Positions 10,352-22,572 of a DNA stretch of 64,000 nt are shown piece by piece. The notes below the pieces were generated by a model. The model searched no databases. It saw only the letters and a program-made list of their open reading frames with translations, and had not been told where the DNA came from. How positions within the stretch are numbered: the stretch's first letter is position 1; the number at the start of each line of letters is the position of its first letter. The position numbers and the translations under genes are program-made. This DNA comes from Macrostomum hystrix (Eukaryota > Animalia > Platyhelminthes). The stretch is taken from NCBI GenBank assembly GCA_950097015.1, contig CATNEN010000034.1, forward strand, positions 4,526,001 through 4,590,000, written 5' to 3'.

Positions 10352-11985
10352 ATTATTAAAAGCAAACACTGAACACTAAAATCTGAATCCTTGGAGACAA
10401 GCTTGCAGGCATGCGATCTAAACGAACAATTACTTATTTAAATTTGAACTAAAAACTACAAATCTATACTAAGAATGTACTAAAAGCTCATTAGAAAATA
10501 TATTCTTAAAATGAAAAAAGCACATAGATTCTCCTAGGTACGTTCAATTTCCAAATAAGTACTAGTTTAAATTTTTCAGCATAAATTAATATGATGCTTC
10601 TACAATCTAAAGTATGAGTGTAATGCTATAATATAATTTACTATAGTTTACTAGTGTCATTAAATCGATAAACATTGCTGCGATTCCCTCACGTTCCATG
10701 GCGGTGATCAGTGACAACCGACCACTCCAGACCGATGCTTGTGTAAAACAAAATTTCGTAACGATTTTTTGCAAACAAACTTAGAAATCTAAGTTCTTTC
10801 TGCATTTTAAATTAGCTTATTTGTTTAAGATTTCGTATAGAAAAAATATGCTATCTAATCTGTGACTTGGTTAGTAGAAAATTATTTCATCGAAAAGGAA
10901 ATATTCGAGGGAAATCAATGTGAGATTGTGACGAATTGAAATTGGTTGTCTAAAAAAGTGTTTAACAGAGTTGCACGTAGTTTCTAGCTAATTTCACTGG
11001 ATTTTTTATTTTAGATTATCTGTAAGAGTTTAGGAGAAAACTAATGGGTCAGTATTTTTGGGATTTCGGATTTTTGGAAATTTCGGAATGGTAAAATAAA
11101 GAAAAAAATCGGGACTCGATCTTAAAGATTTTTAAGGGAGTTTTTTTCTCGAAAAACTAGTTGCCTAAGCCTTTGCTTTGTGAGGAGAAATGCTGTATTA
11201 AAAACGAGCTATTCTGTTGTATAATCCTACAGAAGTAGTAATTTTCCTAATCTAAATCCGAGGAACAGCATCTTACGAAGTGGCAGCGCATGCGGCAACG
11301 AATTAGTGTCGCCCTGCAGCGGCAGTGACTGCCCATAGACAGTCGCTGTGTTGGCGCAGCGGCGGAAAAACAAAATGAAATAATTAGTAATTCACTCACA
11401 CTTTTTTATCTGGCAATAAACTGACCAATCTACTCACACTTTGGTTAGTAGTGTGTTAGTAGTAATAAACGCAAATTAAATTAAAGTAAGGAGAAAATAG
11501 CGGCATCGTGAGTAGAAATGCGAATATTGCGCAGCGCCAGTCAAATGATGGCAGATACATGATTTGGTAGCCGGAAGTTATGATGAAGCATTCGATTATC
11601 GTTTTGTGACCCGGTCGCATATGCATATATATGTATGTACATAATTAGCAATACCTTCACCTATTTCGGTTTGATCAAATTGCTAATCGTGCCTATATGA
11701 GTTTTTCTATTCCAGCTGTATTAGTTAAATCAAGCCGCTATACAAACAGTCACTTACTGGGTCAGTACCCGTGCCGCTAATGCAGGCGCACACACTTCAG
11801 ATATAGCCAACGTGAGCACACTTAAAATATCTGTTTGTCTCGGATAAATATTGGACAATATCTGGATGCTTGAAAGAAGAAACCTAGCTCAATTCGCTAT
11901 CTATTTTTTGTCTAAAATGCATACATTTTTTTCCTTACAATAGCGGTCCGATCGATTTAAATGTCGCGGTCAAGATCACACTCAC

Positions 11986-12591
11986 CCAGCTCCTTGGTAG
12001 TGAACTCAATGATGCTGTTATTCTTGGCATTCACCGAGCTGGCATTGGTGGTGACAGAGTTCACCTTCAGCTGGTACTTGGTGAACGGCTTCAGACCACG
12101 GATGGTGGCCCTGATGAGTCTGTCGCCAGCCCTGGGGTCGGGCCGGTTCGGCACTCCCTCCATCTGGATCCAGTTGTGACTGGCGCCAACGCTGATGGCC
12201 GCCTCCTCCCGATAGCTGATGGTGTAGGAGCGCACATCCGGGGTGACCGACTGGCGAAACTCGAGCACTGCCGAGCGCGGCTCCAGTTGAACAACGCGAA
12301 GGTCAGTCGGTGGCTCCGGCATCTTCAGCACGCGAACCAGCACCATCCACTGGATGCGGCCCAAGCTGTTCTCAGCGACGCAGGTGTAGTTCTCATCGGC
12401 TTGAATGTCCGTGAGGCGGAGCACGTTCTTGCCTACAACCGACCTCTCGTCGAGATCCACTCCGTGAGAATCGAACCAGCGGACTACGGGCATCGGGGAG
12501 CCGACGGCGATGCACGTGATGTTGGCGCTGCTGCCGGGAGTGACCTCCACGTTGGACGGGCGCACAGAGAAGTGCGGACTGATTGTGCGAA
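11986..12591 (-). CDS. Lar: Exon, Ig3 plus FN3 repeat 1 (VRTISPHFSVRPSNVEV...NYTCVAENSLG...MPEPPTDLRV...GLKPFTKYQLKV...TTKEL)
   Basis: Acceptor ccccgcag at 12592-12593 and donor GTGAGT at 11985. It is 606 nt, phase 1-1. I-set C-W-C and FN3 GLKPFTKY motifs are present, and it is GC-rich. Confidence 0.96.
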
Positions 12592-12744
12592 CTGCGGGGC
12601 GTGTGTGAAATCAGGTAGCGGAATGAGAACTGTGCTCACCTGGCGTTAGGTACAGTTCTATTGCCCGGCTGTTGAAAGAGCGCCAGCTATTGACCATGGC
12701 AGGGGCCGGCAAACTTATGCGCCTCGGGCTAAAGAGAGTCCAAG

Positions 12745-13325
12745 AGATAATAAGAGATTAGACTGGTGAGAGATGAGACACTGGAAAGATTAGACTGGTG
12801 AGAGATGAGACACTGGAAAGATTAGACTGGTGAGAGATGAGACACTGGAAAGATTAGACTGGTGAGAGATGAGACACTGGAAAGATTAGACTGGTGAGAG
12901 ATGAGACACTGGAGAGATGAGACTGGTAAGAGATAAGACACGGGAGAGATGAGACGGGGAGAGATGAGACACTAGAGAGATGAGACGGGGAGAGATGAGA
13001 CAGAGGAGAGATGAGACAGAGAAGAGATGAGATATGGAAGAGATGAGACAGGGAGAGATGAGATTTGGGAGAGATGAGACAGAGGAGAGATGAGACAGAG
13101 AAGAGATGAGACAGAAGAGAGATGAGATATGGAAGAGATGAGACAGAGGAGAGATGAGACAGAGGAGAGATGAGACGGAGGAGAGATGAGACAGGCGAGA
13201 AATGACACAGGGAAGAGATGAGACAGAGGAGAGATGAGACGGAGGAGAGATGAGACAGGCGAGAAATGACACAGGGGAGAGATGAGACAAGAGATAGATG
13301 AGACAAGAGATAGATGAGACAGGGA
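12745..13325. repeat. GA-rich minisatellite (gagagatgagacag family, 15-31 bp units)
   Basis: Direct inspection. The same family occurs at 29110-29820 and 51840-52590. Confidence 0.95.
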
Positions 13326-14529
13326 GAAGTATTGAAATATGCCTTGATCACCAGGGCGGCGGAGTCAGGATCAGGATGGCGCGCCTCAGTTTGCCAACCC
13401 CTACTCGATGGTGCAACAGTCATATTCTAGCAGGTACCCTTTATTAGACAATGGAAACACGAACCACAGGTAAAAGCTCCGTGGAGTTTTCTTTGTAAAA
13501 AGCGCATGCAGACACTTCAAACTGCGTTTTTTTGTTGCGCTTATTTTTAAAAGTACACTTTCACTATTAGGACAGCGGAATCTACTGCGGAGACAGGGCA
13601 AGACTAAAGAAGTGGCGGAATTTCTTCAGGAATTCAACTGCTGCATGGCAGAGTCCGGGAAAGCAGAGATTCAAGAACGGAGACTCAAAAGCCAAAAAAT
13701 CATACTTTTTAGTCTTAAAAAACAGTTGAAATAGCTTTGTCAGCCAAACAATAAGGCATAGACCGACGAGTGTATTCATGTAATAAGTATGCATAATAAT
13801 AAAGAAATGATCATTTTGTATGTTGTATGTGGTCACAGCCCCTCTTAAATCTCTAATTGTTTCTGAATCCTACCACAATATATGCTAATAAATGATTACT
13901 TCAATATTTATAATATGATTTCAGAGCAAAACTGGAAAATCTGAATTTCATTGGCCATAAAAACTTTTTGTCCTAAAACACTTTTTTATTTTATGAGCCT
14001 GCGAGAGCCATAAAAAGTCGATGATATTGTTAAACGCTAAAAAATGGCTTAAATAAGGCTAGACAATTAAATGACAACTTTGCTGTGCTATAGCCTAGGC
14101 CTCATAAATCTTTGTCAATGAGTAGGAATTCTCTAGCTGATAAATATTTTTTAATACTAACAATTAAGAAAACCAATAAGAAGTGACAGAAGTAAAAATA
14201 TCAAATTAAACAAATAGCTGCCTATGCCGACAAAGATTTCTAAACGATATTTTATAACGCATAGATAAATACAATAGATCAGATTTTACTAGTTATAAAA
14301 TTCGTTGATTTAATAAATAAAATAAATTCAAATGTTAGTACGAATAATAATATGAATAACAACTGTCTGATAACAGACCCAGAGATAGCTAGTAGATAAT
14401 TCACTATAGTTTACTATTCGAATTTCAGCGTCTGCACCAGAGCTTCCAGTATTAAATTCACAACTGATAATAAGCTCGCTAGAGAGTAGAAAATGTTTTG
14501 TAGCCGAGTCGAACAGGTACAGTGTTGAA

Positions 14530-15410
14530 GAGTATTGAGGTAGAGTGGTGGATCACTGAGGGTGAGTATTGAGGGAGAGTGGTGGATCATTGAGGGAGAT
14601 TATTGAGGGAGAGTGGTGGATCACTGAGGGTGAGTATTGAGGGAGAGTGGTGGATCACTGAGGGTGAGTATTGAGGGAGAGTGGTGGATCATTGAGGGAG
14701 ATTATTGAGGGAGAGTGGTGGATCACTGAGGGTGAGCATTAAGGGAGAGTATTGAGGGAGAGTGGTAGAGCATAAAGGGAGAGTGGTAGATCATTGAGTG
14801 TGAGTGGTAGATCATTGAGGGTGAGTGGTAGATCATTGAGGGAGAGTGGTAGATCATTGAGGGAGAGTGGTAGATCATTGCGGGAGAGTGGTGGATCATT
14901 GAGGGAGATTATTGAGGGAGAGTGGTGGATCACTGAGGGTGAGTATTGAGGGAGAGTGGTGGATCATTGAGGGTGAGCATTGAGGGAGAGTATTGAGGGA
15001 GAGTGGTAGATCATAGAGGGAGAGTGGTAGATCATTGAGGGTGAGTGGTAGATCATTGAGGTCGAGTGGTAGATCATTGAGGGAGACTGGTAGATCATTG
15101 AGGGAGAGTGGTAGATCATTGAGGTCGAGTGGTAGATCATTGAGGGAGAGTGGTGAATCATTGAGGTCGAGTGGTAGATCATTGAGGGAGAGTGGTAGAT
15201 CATTGAGGGAGACTGGTAGATCATAGAGGGAGAATGGTAGATCATTGAGGGTGAGTGGTAGATCATTGAGGGAGACTGGTAGATCATTGAGGGAGACTGG
15301 TAGATCATTGAGGGAGACTGGTAGATCATAGAGGGAGAATGGTAGATCATTGAGGGAGAGTGGTAGATCATTGAGGGAGACTGGTAGATCATAGAGGGAG
15401 AATGGTAGAG
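14530..15410. repeat. Minisatellite, 21-bp unit gggagagtggtagatcattga
   Basis: Direct inspection; gives the 7-aa periodic ORFs (MIYHSPS). Confidence 0.95.
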
Positions 15411-15807
15411 TAAAGCAGCACTTTAGCCAAATGAGACATCTAGAGGCTACTGTCTATTGTGGGTTAGATTCGTATATGGCACAGATAGCCATCTAGTAGA
15501 TTTAGCGAGGTCAATGAGACTTGAGTAAAGAAAGAAAGCAAATGAAAATGAAATGAAAAATATGAGGCTTGGAGAATTTCAAATTGTTTTTAGTACTTGG
15601 TGAAGATTGTCGGGCAAGTTATGATTAATATGATTTATAATAAGTAACAATTATTACAAAACGAAAAAAATATGTTCAGATAATTATAGACTTCAGAGAA
15701 AAACTCAATGCAGTTTATCTAACGGCGTAGGCACAAAGCTGGTAATGCGAATATGACCCACATGGTATTTCATTCCATTGTGTGTGGCTCAGGTAAATGC
15801 GACATAT

Positions 15808-15950
15808 TTAGGCTATATCGTTATTAATTGTTACTTTACAGGTGATTAGCGGTTGTTTCTGCTTCTTCATTGTTTGACAAAGCAAAGAAAGTATCTGAAC
15901 AGAAATTGAGAGAGAACTAAAAAAAGCGGCAGTATTTCCATTTTTATCCA
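15808..15950 (-). CDS. Candidate alternative terminal exon after Ig2 (DKNGNTAAFFSSLSISVQILSLLCQTMKKQKQPLITCKVTINNDIA*)
   Basis: Acceptor tctgttacag at 15951-15952 lies downstream of a pyrimidine-rich tract. The phase-1 frame is open for 46 codons, with a hydrophobic stretch followed by KKQK. Confidence 0.28.
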
Positions 15951-16128
15951 CTGTAACAGACCAATAGAAGCGATTTTGTTAAAGGACCAAGTGGAATAGA
16001 GGGAGGGAGGCAGAGAGAGATGAAGATAAGGTGCGGGATACGGATGACAGGTTTGTTACGTCTTGAATGAAAGTTATTTATGTATTTTATTTCCACGAGC
16101 ATTATTACGGGCTGTTGAACTGACTTAC

Positions 16129-16134
16129 ATTTGG
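16129..16134 (-). CDS. Lar: Candidate 6-nt microexon CCAAAT at the Ig2-Ig3 junction (meB position)
   Basis: Context catttttgcccttcactctctctctcctcgtttcag|CCAAAT|gtaagt. In frame: FVR-A-K-F-RTISP instead of FVR-V-RTISP. Confidence 0.7.
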
Positions 16135-19100
16135 CTGAAACGAGGAGAGAGAGAGTGAAGGGCAAAAATGAACAAACTTTGAACCTTGAGTTCTGTTCTT
16201 CATAACAGAGAACATTGTATAGAGTAAATATCATGATTTAAAGTGCATTCTCGCAGCGCAACAGACACTTTGTACTCGTATTAGACTAATATCAACAGGA
16301 AACTCTTGAAATATTCACAAATCCGATGCAGCCAAATGGCAAGTTTTGGCACAAATAATTAAAAAATATAATTATAACATTGACAAAATCGAAGCGGTAC
16401 TCACTTTTGAAGCCAAGTGAAAAAAAACGTTGAAAAAAACAAAGAGTCTTGTGAAATAAATAAAGTCTGTGCCATACAAAGTTATGCATTAATAGTTTCT
16501 TGTCAACCGACGTGTTCTATTTTTAGACGGGGTAATCCACCAGAAAATATGTACAATAGAAGGGGTAAGAGTTTGGCCGCGCGGGATTGGTGCACATAAG
16601 GCGAGAGATGTACATAAGGGGACAGGAATGTAGTCAAGAGAGTGTGTGGATGGGTGCTGATTGGTTCTGGTTTACTCGCGAGTCAAGTGTACTTCAAGCT
16701 TCTGTTCTCAAAGGATATTTGCTCAACCGTAAATGAGCAATGAATGATGGATTCATCCAGCAGATATCGTAGTGATTGTTGTATGTATTTATATCAAATC
16801 TGTCTATAGACCACATTTTTAGGAGAAAACACTCGGCCAAATCACAGCGCAGCCAATACTCGTATGATATTTAATATTGAATCCGACTTTCTGTTTAAGA
16901 CAAACAATGTGTGGAATAGTACTATGCTATGGCAGTGTGTAAATTTCTTGTGACATTCCAGCACTCCAGCAGCAGCTCAGTTGACAATATAGAAAAAATA
17001 TTAGCTCGTAAACTAATTCAATTTAAAATAACAAATAAAAAGAAATGCAGCATGCTTTTCATAGACAGGCCTGCATTTAGGTATGGGTTTCTGGCTTTCG
17101 TACTTGGACCTTGAGGACTCCAACTCGTGGCGACTGAAAGTTCGGTTGTTGTCCATTATTTAACTGAGTAAGCAGATGGTCTTGTTAAATTAAACATTCT
17201 ATTGGAATACTTGGCTGGTAGGTTTCATTGATCCTTTGTGTACTTCAGTGACTAGAGTTGGTGAGTAAGAAGCAAAAATAAAAAATTATGGAACATGTAT
17301 TCTTGGTATCTGACTTAATGAAATCTACCTTAGCTAGCCAATAGTATAGGATATTTCCAATTTTGCCATCAGCCTACGCAGCACCATTGTCCTGTGATTA
17401 TCATTCAGTCCGCATAGCGAAAAAAAGTAGGATACAAATGTAACGAAAACAAAGTTATTTATTTTGAGCATAATTCCAACTGACGACACACTATGAGTTA
17501 AGATACATATGGGCCTTTTTCATGCCTTCATATTTACTCGTGCTATGAATCGCTTTACACTATCCTAGCCTGCCTCCCGAAGGAGAACAGAGAAGAGGGT
17601 TGAGTAGGGTTGAGTAAGGCAGCAGACAGAAGGAGTGGCTCTTCTGCATAGAACTGTAAATGTAGGAGAATGGACTCAAGCGAGCCAACGCCCTCTTCAG
17701 TGCGTGAAGCGGTTCTGCAAGAGTCAGAAATTGAGCGAGAGGCAGGGGCGAAAAGCCCTGGAAGAGAAATGCGTGTGCGCGCGTGTGAAGGAACTGCTGA
17801 CACTGAGACCCTTCTCGACATTGAGAAGCTATGACGCAATCAGCAGCCAGCTAATCAGGCCCCAAGCCTGAAAATTCGTTGCTTCAAGAATTATTTTCCC
17901 TCCCCACTTTGGTCTGGAAATATTCGAATGAATCTCCAAAGAGTTCCTAGTTTAAACGGTGGGAAATCTACAGCATAAATTTGCTGGGCCATTTCACCAT
18001 AGCTTATTTTTGCTCTATATGGCAGGTAAAAAAACAAACAAGACCAACTGGAGTAGGTACCGTGCTTGCGTGACTGGCATAGGCTCGAGGACCTCGCCAT
18101 AGTCTCTCCTGTCACTCTTCCCCAACTCTCTTCAAACCCAATGAGACATGAATATCGAAAATTGAGACACTGTTCTATAATAGAAAAGCCATTGATTCTT
18201 TTCTTTTATGTATTTTCTCAGATTGGAATCTGCCAGTGTGTTCTGTAATCCCACATATTTTTCGCTTAAAAAAACTACAGAAGGTACGTGGCCTATAGTC
18301 TTGGTTGCACCAGGGGGAGCTTGTGGCCCCAAGAGGATCAGTGGCAGATCGGCACTATTGTCTCTGAGACTAGATTTATAGTCTCTTCTATAAATTCTAT
18401 TGAGAATATATTTTTATTTTATCTATTTAGTTATTATTTCGGTGGTAAAGAGGGTTTTTAGGTAGCAGACCGGAGAATTGAGGTTAGAGACTAGGTCGAA
18501 AGAGCATAACCAAGCTGAATGCTTAGCAGTTGACAAATTTTTCGGGTCCACATCCGGAGACGAGAGGAGAAGCTGCGGGCAATCGGAAGTGATTGCGTAA
18601 GAGTATTAGCCAAGCCCGAGCCAATGTCTCTCCGTGCCCAGGACAACTAATTCACTTTGTAGCGCAGACTAATAACAAAGGCAGAAAAATGGTGAGTTTA
18701 ACACGACCGTGAATCGCAGTTCCTGTCCCAGCCTTGTCAGTCTGACTATTGCCTGTCAGCAGAAATCAGTTCCGTGTTTCTGATGCAATACTGCGTAAGA
18801 AAAGTTTTAGTCGAGGCAGCACTTAAGTTTTGTTAACCAGATTACAATTTCTGTGCTGCCCTTACAATCTTATCCCAAATCAGTGGGCTGCAATTCATTT
18901 GTAAACTGTTCAGCTCACAACAAACAATTCATAGCGTCATCGCACAATGCCGCTTCCTGAAGATGCACCGCTTCTAAAATACCTTTGACTAGCTATATGC
19001 AGAAGTGAGTTCCAGGTGCCGGGCATGTTATGAAGAAAAAATGTGGCTGCTCTGCTCAAAAAAGACATCCTATGCTCTGACGGCCTAATTAGTGTTAGCT

Positions 19101-21781
19101 CCGGCTCTTGTCTCTGAGTCCTCCCCTGCTTCTTCTGCTCCCATCTCCTTCGCCGTCTTTGACTGCAACTCTTTAATTAGGTTCGCGGCGGGGCCGAGGT
19201 CAGGTTGTCGCTATGGGAAGAGCACCCATAGGGGCTGATCTCAAGCCTATGTTTCTGCTGAGCAGTGCTCAAATAGTTCAGCGCCGGATTCTAAGCAAGC
19301 TCCTGCTTTAGAAGATGCGCAGTCTTGCACGACAGAAATTTTATTTCCAGGTCACAATTTCGCGGGACTATTTGGTATGCGAAGGTATGAAGATATTTTG
19401 AATAACATGTTTTTTGCTTTTCTTCTGATTAACAGTAGAACAGTGGGAGCGATTTCCCCCCCCCCGAAAATTTCCGTGTTGCACCCTAACGTAGCAACGC
19501 AAGCACACGAAACTAAAAAACAATGGCCAACTTTTTGTTGCGCATCTTCTTAAATAAGAAACAAGTAGCCAGCTTTTCTGACCGTCGAGATATTCAATGG
19601 TTCTGGCCGAAGGTCGGATTTTTCCTATAAGTGCTAGTGTATTTCATACACCCCTATACACGAATTTGCACTGCGCCTCAGCGCGGCCTTGTCAGGCCTT
19701 CAAAATTTATCAGCATGTCACTCGAATGTGCCTGCATCATCTGTGTCCTCGGTGGTCACCTACCTTTATCTAGACGGACTGCTGGACCTTCAATGGCTAC
19801 AACAGGTGGAAATAGGCCACTATGGACACCCTGACACGAATTTCACCGATCAAGCCTAAATATTAGGCGCAGCTCAACCACAGGACACCATCGCCTAGTC
19901 TGTCAAACAAACAGTCACTACCCATCGCTGTTAGCATTCGGGCGCTGCCAAAATTTTTTTCAAGGAGGCCCTTGGTATAAAAACGGCCGGCTGTCCTACT
20001 GTTAAAGGTCGTGAACATATCTAGAGAGACAAATAGACAGGCAGAAATGTACGGAGACAGGTAGATGGACTAATAAAAAGAGTGCAAGGTTAGACAACTT
20101 CCTAATAACAAATAATTTACACATGGCTACTTTCAATATGGCAGTCCCTTGTCCTCACCTACCCTCTCTAGCTCTGCATGGGATTCTGTAAGTCAGCCTC
20201 ATCAAAGGGATATAACAGCCTGTTTATCCTCTCGCCAAGTGCGCCCTTTCACTCTCGCTCACCCAGCAATCTCCGCCCCAGCCTTCAATACCTATGCCTG
20301 CATGCTCTTATCAGGTAGAAAATATCGCAACCGTTAATCATTCGAGTCGAGTCCCTCCTTCCTCCTGTCCCCGGCCTCATCCATCTTTGATCCCCCTTTA
20401 TTCTGATTCTTGCCTCGCATTCATGCTCAGAACTTTGCAAAGCAAAGAGCTGAGCTTAATTCGCAGCTTTAAAAAATAACCAAAAAATAAGCTAGACATG
20501 CCACATCAACACCAAAGAATGGCTTGATTATACGATGACGTAAGACTCTAAAGCTTGGTGGAAATCTGAATTCGAATTTCATTGGTTAAGGCCAATCACG
20601 TGCTAGGGTTGGGGGAGGAATTTTTCTAAAAATAGAAACAAATGTCAACCCTCCTAGCCAATCAAATTCCGAACGCTCTCCTTTCTTAATTTGGAGTCTT
20701 GTGTCCTCTTTTCGCTAATTAAATTCCTTGATCAGAACAAATGAGTGCAAAACTGCGATTAAATCGAGTCCAGGACCTATGAGCTGGTCGCTAGTTACTC
20801 AACTGCTAAATATTTTCAGTTCACAGCACAAAAAACTCAGTAAAGAAGCGAACATAACTGCCAAGCATGCCATGCTCTGTGCGTCCTGTTTTCCTCTGTC
20901 AGCCGGCTGAGTGCCAGGCCGCATAGAGAATTGTTTGAGAGCGCATCACAGCCCAAACAGCTGCGGTCAGGCCACTTCCGATGTGTCAATTTGCCAATTG
21001 GCGAGACGGCGAGAGGTATTACACGTCAAGAGCTGGAAACTGAGGCACACTCGCGCACTGCTCATGCGGCCATGCTGCTCAAAAACAGACACACTATTAT
21101 TACGCATCTTCGCTTATTCCTCTCATGGAGGGGACAATTGATTAATTTAATTTTTATCCCCTCGATGCTGAAATGGTTATTTACCGCCATACTTCAGCAG
21201 CCATTCCAATGTGAGGGCGACGTCGTCTGCGTGTGTATGTATGCGTTTGGTTGTGTGTGTAGCATTGGTTGGTGAAGCCTACGCATTCTTAGAAAAAGGC
21301 TCTGCTAGGCGCGGGCGCGCAGGTTAGCCAGTTGTTTTTGTTAAAATTCAGACAGAAAAGGTAACAAAAGTTTACAACACGACAGGCCAGGACTAATAGA
21401 TAGAAAATAAGATAACACCTGGACTTTTAATTACTGAGGTGTAAGTAAGAACTCTAGGTTCCAAGCCTAGAAATCTCAGGTGTATCCTATTGCTCCTTAT
21501 TTCATTATTTTTACCTCGTAATTGAAAAACTTCTAACAAAAATACACGTGAGAAAAAAGTCTAACTATGAACACAATAATACAACTGTGCTGCGTATGTA
21601 AAAATAACAGTGAAACAAAGTTGATTAAAGTGAATTTAACGTTGGGGCATAGTGGGAATTTTGTATCTGTAATAAAATAACTATTCTGACATCTAAACAA
21701 ATATTTAAAAATTAAATTGAAAGTTTATGAGAGCTATCTAAGTTCAGAATGTGTCCTATTAAGAAAATTTGCGTGCCTCAC

Positions 21782-21892
21782 CTCTAACAAACAGGTGCGC
21801 GTCCGTGGACTCGGCCGAGCCGAATTCGTTCCTTGCTATGCAGGCGTATTTGCCCTCGTCCTGAGTTTGAGCCTGAGCAATCTCCAGGTCCC
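21782..21892 (-). CDS. Lar: Exon, C-terminal half of Ig2 (GDLEIAQAQTQDEGKYACIARNEFGSAESTDAHLFVR)
   Basis: Acceptor cacaacag at 21893-21894 and donor GTGAGG at 21781. It is 111 nt, phase 1-1, and contains the DxGxYxC motif. Confidence 0.95.
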
Positions 21893-21954
21893 CTGTTGTG
21901 AGGATACAGGTGCCAATGTTGCAGAAGCAATTAATAGCCGACTGTACTGGGTGG

Positions 21955-22572
21955 GGCATAGAAGCAGGGGTCAGACAAGTGGGTCATTGTGGGGCATGGA
22001 TGGAAGTAGGGGTCAGACAAGTGGGTCATTGTGGGGCATGGATGGAAGTAGGGGTCAGACAAGTGGGTCATTGTATGACATGGATGGAAGTAGGGGTCAG
22101 CCAAGTGGGTTATTGTGGGGCATAGATGGAAGTAGGGATCAGACAAGTGGGTCATTGTGGGGCATGGATGGAAGTAGGGATCAGACAAGTGGGTCATTGT
22201 ATGACATGGATGGAAGTAGGGGTCAGACAAGTGGGTCATTGTGGGGCATAGATGGAAGTAGGGATCAGACAAGTGGGTCATTGTGGGGCATAGATGGAAG
22301 TAGGGATCAGACAAGTGGGTCATTGTGGGGCATGGATGGAAGCAGGGGTCAGACGAGTGGGTCACTGTATGACATGGATGGAAGTAGGGGTCAGACAAGT
22401 GGGTCATTGTATGACATGGATGGAAGTAGGGGTCAGCCAAGTGGGTCATTGTGGGACATGGAAGCAGGGGCCAGCCAAGTGGGTCATTGAGGGACATGGA
22501 AGCAGGGGCCAGCCAAGTGGGTCATTGTGGGACATGGATGGAAGCAGGGGTCAGACAAGTGGGTCATTGTGA
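21955..22572. repeat. Minisatellite, 42-bp unit, ~14 copies
   Basis: Unit ggaagtaggggtcagacaagtgggtcattgtggggcatggat. Confidence 0.96.

Noticed and set aside
11400-11409. 10-nt exon candidate ATAAAAAAGT between FN1 and FN2
   Set aside because: It is frameshifting and has a poor pyrimidine tract. It would only be in frame if the A-run were miscalled.
19764-19769. 6-nt in-frame candidate ATAAAG in the meB intron
   Set aside because: The donor is strong (AAG|gtaggt) but there is no pyrimidine tract. This is expected by chance in 9 kb.
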